DNA from: Trichosphaerium sp. ATCC 40318
Taxonomy: Eukaryota > Protista > Tubulinea
Assembly (NCBI GenBank): GCA_038496445.1
Contig: JALMLS010000213.1
Location: 62,001-126,000 of the forward strand
DNA: 64,000 nucleotides
Direction: 5' to 3'
Every line of letters begins with the position of its first letter. Within the stretch, counting starts at the first letter, position 1. Positions 57,141 to 64,000 of the stretch are shown here, piece after piece. Both the position numbers and the translations under genes were made by a program. Below the pieces are notes generated by a model. That model was not told the DNA's origin, ran no database searches, and saw nothing but the letters and a program-made list of their open reading frames with translations.

Positions 57141-59370
57141 ATGCCACGACGTAAAATAGGCAAATTCTATGAGACGACATTCTTTGAGGAAGAACTGTAT
57201 GTTGGCTACGACTCTGCTATTGGCCCTAAGGAAGACCAAGCCGAGCGTAAAATTACGTATGGAATAGACTTGGTGAAAGAGATACAACGATACAGAGAAC
57301 AACAAAAAGGCAAGATACAAGAGGAAGAGGAGCTCAAAGAACAAAGAGCTGCTGAAGTAGCACGCAAAGGTATGTAACCGTTTTTTTTTCGTACAAACCG
57401 CCCAAACTATCGAAAAACACACTCAATAATTACATTGATACTACAACATAATTTTTGGCACTATTGGTTGTTAATAAGTGGAATTTAGAGCAAGAAAGCA
57501 CACAACGCTTAAAACAAGCTATGCGCGAAGCTAAAGCCATTGAAACTGTAAAAAATCACCTAGACACGAAAGTTTTAGTTTCACGGTAAGAGTTCATTCA
57601 ATGTTGGCAACTACACTCTACACGCCGCCACTTACATTCTTGACAGCATTTCAGATGAGGATAGAGCAGTAATTAACAAACGAATTCAAAATCAACAACA
57701 GCAATTCTCAGCGTTTTTCTCTGCTGTTCATACACAAAAACTAGCAACTATAAGATCAGTACGTTGTATTAAATGTATTATATCCACTCAATGATTTATA
57801 GATTCATCCTCACATCACTGATGAAGAAGGCGTCCAAGTTCTAGAGGCATGATTTTTTGTGAAATTTTTTTTTGTATTTAATTTTTTTCTGACCACCCTG
57901 TCGTTTTATCAGTTTCTTAACTACGCTATAGGAAACTGGGTATGAGGAGAATGAAGCAATAAATTATCTCATGAGTTGGACAAACTTGCGTGATCTGAGA
58001 CGTAAAATTGCAAAAAAGTTTACAAATAAGGATGCACCCCCAGTAGATGAAGACGCAGAGGACGAGTACGCCTGTCAATAATTAATATCTTTATTTTCTT
58101 TTATACGCGATTATTGCTAAACAATCCATAGACCTGAGCCAGCTCCAAAACCAAAGAGAAAGAAGAAAAAAGTATAGTACGTTTTTTCTTGTAAAAAAAA
58201 CAATGTCATTCTTTGTGTGTATGGTCCTTACATCTTTGATTTTAGTAGTAATGCAAAGAAATTGAAACTGGATGATGCAATTGAACAAGTTGCAGTATCT
58301 GGATCGATGGATGGATGGTCAGAAGCGCGGTACGATAAAAATGTTCAAAAAAAAAATGGGTTATTGATTTTCTTTTTTCTAGTGTCCGTGCTTACCGATT
58401 GATTAATAAAAACCCTAACGCATATTATTACCGGTTTAATGCACCTGGAGAAAAACAAAGGAACGGTAAATGGACAGAAGAGGAGAAAAGACAGTTTTTT
58501 AAGCGTATGGAGGAGACAGGTGTTGATGGGCAATGGGGTATGTTTTCTATGGCAATTCGTGGTAGAGTTGGGTACCAATGTGCCAATTTTTACAGGTGAG
58601 ATTAAATAAGTTTAAATGGTCAATGTCTTTTACTCATATGGTCGTCGCTTTTAGACAACAGATTGAAGGTGGTGATGTCAAGGATGAGCGGTATATTATT
58701 GATGAGAATGGAAAAGCTCATTATAGCTTTAGTGAAGCTGCAAAGCAGCGTAAACTTAAAAGAAAAGGTGTTACAATTGTTTACTTTATGATTTTTTTTC
58801 CTTGTTTTGTGTTTATGCCGCGTTTTTGACTGTTTTATTTAGCGCAGCCAAAGATTTTACATCCTAGGAAGCGTCGTTGTAAAGTAGTTAATGATGATAA
58901 TGATTATATGCCACCTAATGCTGGAAAATCTCGTGTTAAAGCGAAAGGTATGTTTCTTCCAATTTTTGTTTTTGATATTTCCGTTTGTTCTTTGTTGCTG
59001 ATTGATTGTTCGTTAAGCTGCCAGAGAGCGTCTAGAAAAGGAAAAGAAGACAGTAGATTCTAATCCATTACCTGATTACATTGATCCAATAACTTTTGAG
59101 CCTATAAAGGAACCAGCAATATCCCCTTACGGACATGTTATGGGGTATGCGTTCACTATAATTTTCGTAAAAAAAATATGTTGAACTTTGATTGTTTACC
59201 CCTTTTTTGTTAGATATAAAGTTTGGTTACAGTGTCTTACACAAGCAGACCCAAAAAATATTTGTCCTTATACAAAGAAAACACTACACAAGCGTGACTT
59301 GGTTAAACTAACCTGGGATAACATTGATCAATATAAAGAGCGCATGGTAAAGGCATCCTTTGTTTATTAA
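57141..59370 (+). CDS. Myb/SANT-like domain protein with a C-terminal U-box/RING-like domain
   Basis: NPNAYYYRFNAPGEKQRNGKWTEEEK...WGMFSMAIRGRVGYQCANFYR; NPLPDYIDPITFEPIKEPAISPYGHVMGY..W..CL....NICPYTKK. The 3' end is approximate. Confidence 0.8.
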
Positions 59371-59708
59371 ACAATCACGTGACCTGGACTTTTGAATAAA
59401 CGTGGACATTAAGACTATAATAAACGTAATAAAAGAACTCAGAACCTTGATAAATGTATGAATCGTTATGATAATACTGTATACAGAGGAGCAACTGTGG
59501 GTGGAGCTAGGATAGTTGCTGTAGCCGAGTCGTTGGTGAGGAAAACCTATTTACAAAATAATGTGAATAAGTGATGGACTATCACGTGCCTAACAGAACA
59601 AACCTGACGGATGTACAAAAGGTTCTAATAATTAAAAAGTTCTGTGTTACGAAACTTAAATCAGAGAATTTTTGACTTGAAGTAGCGAATCGGACTTTTA
59701 TTTCGACG

Positions 59709-61024
59709 ATGAATGGCACAACGGAATCATGCCTGACATTTTTCCCGTTACATAGAGAGTGCTCAGGGCGTGGTTTTTGCTCAAACGGCACATGTATATG
59801 CAATAATGGGTACGTATCAGGCTTTATCGGTGTCCTGACGCTAAATAAATAGGTGGGACGGCGATGGAGTGCTTTTATACGCTCAAGAAAACGGTATTGA
59901 CAAAACTTGCTTGTCATACAATGTGGGTATCAAGATTGGCTATTCCGGGCTGTTGATAGTGCTTCTAGCTGCTTTATTACTAAATGCGTATCATTTCTAT
60001 TTATTGATGCCTTGTAAGCTTCGAAAACTGTTTGATCCGAGGGATATATACATGTTACAGTGGATGAGCACATTAATGAACTTATGTACGTCACGGCTAA
60101 ATGTTTAAACCGGTCCAAAAAAACTCCTAACTTTTTTGTTTCAAAAAAACAGTCGCATCTGTTGCTGTTCTATTGATTGTACTTGGATATACAATGGCAA
60201 GAAACTGGGCTATTTTTCTTCTATTCACTGCCGGAGAGCTTATACTATTGTCATCCTTTGATACATTACTGACGTGGAAGGTCATACAGTACGCAAGTTG
60301 TGTTCGATTGCCGGGATTTATATTTTTCCAATTTTCCGGATTTTTTTTCAGTGTTTGTTTGGAGCTTATTGATGCGACAGGCCTATAAAAGCAGCACCCA
60401 ATATCTTAACAAAAACGAAAGCTAGATGGATATTACGTATAGCATACATAAGGAACGGACTCCGCGTTTTCCATCTTACAGCTTTTTTTCTTCTCGTAAG
60501 ACTTCAAATTCCAGCCAACACTCTGAAAGGTACAAGTTGCTAAACGTCTCAAATTATTCTTAAATTGATGTGAAATTGTATAGTCATAGCATCAAGTTTA
60601 TTTCTTGGAGTATACTTTATGGTCATACTGCCTCAAGGCATAGGTAATGACTAGAACTGATTTAATTTTTGATACCTAATTTTGTTGGTTAGTTCGATAT
60701 TTCCTTACAATGAAGCTTGTCAAGCTTCTTGATGAAGGAGAGAAACTTACACCAGGACAAAGTTCAAGTGCTACTAGAAATGGATTGTATAATATGGCAA
60801 GATCTTCTTTTGTATTCAGGTTGATGGCATTGCCAACTTTTCTTTGTCTTGGATTGTTTGTGCTCTCATGGGATTACGCCTTTCTGTTCTTTCTCTTTGT
60901 TGGGGTTCTAGAAAGAAACTCTGTTATGATATTTATAGTTAGGAAGAGAACTAGTTGTAAGAGTACAAACAATAACAAAGCAGCTATTAGCGCTGTTGTA
61001 ACAAAAACCAAGACTGTAGTTTAA
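59709..61024 (+). CDS. EGF-like domain + predicted 7-TM membrane protein, paralog 1
   Basis: MNGTTESC...ECSGRGFCSNGTCICNNGWDG followed by about seven hydrophobic segments and a basic Ser/Thr tail. Confidence 0.7.
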
Positions 61025-61355
61025 CAAAATAAAAATGTAAAAATCCAAATATCTTAATCTCTTGTAGCAACTACTATTCTCTCTTAAGAGTTCACGCCAA
61101 TCTTTTCCCCCCAAAACAGGATCTTATACGCTATGGTAATGCAATCGGGTCGGACAAACAGTATACGCAAAAACTCGAGATTGCACTGAAACAAAATCGT
61201 AAAACGACGGTTGTTGCAAAGCTCAAATAGAATAATTTCGCCATAGCCCAAAATACCTATTTTGATGTAACCCTGGTACCCATTTTTTTTCACAAAATCG
61301 TGTCGGGTAATTAGCCAAAGTACCTTAATAAAGGCCTGACTTAAGTATCCTCCGG

Positions 61356-62764
61356 ATGAACATCACGGAGAACAACACAACAGACTGTACTAAATTCTGG
61401 CCTTTTTTCCTAGAGTGTTCGGGAAAGGGATCGTGTATTAATGGGACATGCGTTTGTAAGAGTGGGTAATAGTGACTTTTTGGTAATTTTTTTAATTGTG
61501 GCTTTTTTTTCCGTATTTACGCTTTAAAATATCAACTTACAGTTCGAAAAGGTGGAGTGGTAATGGCATTCTATTTTACGCTATTAACGACGGTAAAGAT
61601 ATTACTTGTATAGCGAGTGATGTAGGAGTAAAAGTTGGATACTCTTGTCTCATTACAGTACTTATCGTGATGCTGTTCGTAAATATGTATCATTACTTAA
61701 TTATACCGTTTGAACTACGCAAAATGTTCAGTCCTAAGGGTATATACTTATTACAGATGATAAGTACAGTAGCGAATATACGTAAGAGGCATTTATAGAA
61801 GTACAAAAAAATTACAATTATCCACGTGATTTATTTTACCGATTGGGTTTTTATGGATTTTCAAGTTAACAGGATTTTTTTGTTTAGTTGGGATCATAAC
61901 AGTCGCGTTCATTATTGGTGGATATACTATCGCTGGTAGCTGGTATCCTCTCGTTTTCTTTGTATTGGGCGACCTCGTTTGCAATGCTGTTTTTGATTCC
62001 TTACTTGCGTGGAAAGTCCTACAGTACGTGTTTTTCTGAAATATGAAACGTTGTTTACCAATAAAAAAAGGCCTGTTAAAGCAACTCCTGATACCATGAA
62101 GAAGAGCGCAGCTAAATGGATTATGATAAATTCTTACTTTAGAAATTCATTAAAAGTTGCCTATATACTCACGTTTTGCTTGGTGGTAAGATTTCATGTT
62201 AGAGTCAATATATCAAGAAGTAAGTTAACAACACTGGTTTGTGTTTTGTCACAAAGTAACTTTCTTAGATATTTCTGGCGCTTTCTTCCTTGGTATATAT
62301 TTTGGATGTCTGTTACCTCAAGGTGTAGGTGAGTAACATGTATTTTATGCTAAAAACAGATGTCTGAACCTTATTCAGTTGACTCTTCAAGGTTTTTTTT
62401 TGTTCCTGTTTATATTCTTTGTTAATTAAACTCACGTTTCTTAGCCAACTACCAAACAATAATGAAGCTTATAAAGTTAATAGACCAAGGAGAAAAGCTT
62501 GCTCCAACACCACAAGGTAAAGCAACAAGGACAGGATTACGTAACATGGCATTATCTTCTTTAAGTTTTAGATTACTGGCACTACCTGTTTATCTTTGCT
62601 TGGGATTTTTTGTAATCAGCTGGGATTATGCTCTTTTGTTTTTTATGTCTGTAAATGTTCTTGAAAGGAATTTTGTGTTGATATCTATTGTCAGAAAAAA
62701 GAAAACAATAGCAGCAAATAGTGTTAGGACTGTAACCGCGAATACAAAAACAAGTGTACAATAA
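61356..62764 (+). CDS. EGF-like domain + predicted 7-TM membrane protein, paralog 2
   Basis: MNITENNTTDC...ECSGKGSCINGTCVCKSG; same intron positions as paralog 1; shared MKLxKLxDxGEKLxP and SWDYA..F...VLERN. Confidence 0.7.
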
Positions 62765-62932
62765 AAAACTAAACATAAAAAAAGTTGACATCGGTTTTAA
62801 TGGACTCCTTGTGAGTAATCAACGGAGTAAAGTTGATTTGTTCATTGGTACTGTCTAAGAGATATTTGAGCGCCCCTCTTAGAAATTGTACAATCAGTTC
62901 TCAAAGTGATGCACACAAACCACACTGACTTA

Positions 62933-63815
62933 ATGACAACGTCAAGTGTATCAAGCGCAATGGGAAACATACTATTCACGCAACAGAAGGACTCTAACAG
63001 TACCAATAATACCAGCTCCCCAATTATACCAGTTCCTGCCCAAGTTGTACATGTACCTGCAGCCTCAACTAAGAGACGTAGTTTGAACACAGAAAAAACC
63101 GCTCCTGTTGTAAAGGTGGAAGTTGTACTTGTACCTGCAGCTAAAGCTAGGATACGTAATTTGAACACAAAAAAAACCGCTCCTGTTGTAATAGCGGACA
63201 AGAAAAAGGATACGGTACATAGTTTAAACGACAGTAAGACCACAACGAACGAAATTGGTGTTTGTTACTTTGAAACTTTGCCAAATGAACTACATGTACT
63301 TGAAAACATACCCCAACGCTCAACTAACGGAATTCGAGGTCATGATAAGCGTTTACAACGGCGAAATGTATTCAAAATATTGTTGTTTATCTAAATCAAT
63401 AGCTACAGCATCACACTACTCATTGTACGGCAGCTCATGTCAGTCAAAATATTCAATGAATTGAAGAAAAAAAAAAACAATTTGATTGAATGTTTTTTGA
63501 CTTTTTTCAAGCGATTTGAAGAGTCGTCGATGCTTTACATGGCATAAACATGGTTGGTTCATGAAACAAAAAACAGTAGTGGATGGTGTAAGAGATGGTC
63601 TTTATAGGCATTTCAATGATAAGGGAAAAGTGATATTGCATTGTTTTTACAAGCAAGGGAAGATACAGGGAACATACAAAGAGTTTCAGGACAACGGAGT
63701 GTTATGGAAGCATTGTGTTTACGAAGAGGGTATAATTGTCGAAAAAATACTTGGTTGGTTTTATGAACCACACGCATGTGGGAGAGTATATTACAAAGAT
63801 GGAATGCCAAGATGA
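62933..63815 (+). CDS. F-box-like motif + MORN-variant repeat protein
   Basis: Removing a 43-nt intron (63296-63338, CTAAC branch point) gives FETLPNELHVMISVY...CCLSKSI. A second intron leads into GVRDGLYRHFNDKG..CFYKQGKIQGTYKEFQDNG..CVYEEG. The start codon is uncertain (62933 or 62959). Confidence 0.65.
63042..63192 (+). repeat. Two in-frame ~78-nt tandem repeats in the N-terminus of the F-box/MORN gene
   Basis: aagttgtac.tgtacctgcagc...acgta.tttgaacaca.aaaaaaccgctcctgttgtaa occurs twice (VVxVPAA...LNTxKTAPVV). Confidence 0.85.
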
Positions 63816-64000
63816 TCAACATTAGAAGACAATTTCCTATAAGTATGTTTTTTGGTTTTGCTTTGAAATCTGTCTTTGTTTTTCTTACATAGTTTCTAGG
63901 CAATATACTTCGGTTGCACAAGAAGTAAGTGTTGTAATTATAATAAAAAGTTACAGATCAAACAGGGAAGAATGTAGAGAAAGTTAATGAAGTTTCAGCT

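Noticed and set aside
63255-63464. Apparent frameshift making the MORN gene a pseudogene
   Set aside because: Explained by a 43-nt intron with a CTAAC branch point.

Overview
Eukaryotic nuclear DNA, most likely from a protist. It is AT-rich, uses the standard genetic code, and has many short introns (mostly about 40-60 nt; GTACGT/GCACGT donors; TAG/CAG/AAG acceptors), so the ORF track shows only exon fragments. Positions 1-28.1 kb hold a tandem and inverted array of one ~380-aa, 8-exon gene family: basic NLS, KCTD-type BTB/POZ domain, then an unrecognised and apparently internally duplicated C-terminal region. I count 13 recognisable gene copies there (11 core-type and 2 divergent; 5 core-type copies are disabled), several relics, and one more copy at 41.3 kb. 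The BTB-coding part of exon 1 is nearly identical at the nucleotide level between copies, even in a decayed pseudogene, while the C-terminal exons diverge and at least one copy is a mosaic. This suggests a diversifying nuclear ubiquitin-adaptor repertoire. The rest of the window is gene-dense: secreted CBM6 + M8-like metalloprotease, single-domain globin, cullin-4, an E2, an OSBP-related protein, CPSF3, CDK11-like kinase, a bacterial-like N-acylglucosamine 2-epimerase, an NADP-dependent alkenal reductase, a class I GATase-like protein, a Myb + U-box-like protein, two EGF-7TM paralogs and an F-box + MORN-variant protein. All gene models were spliced by eye and no database search was run.
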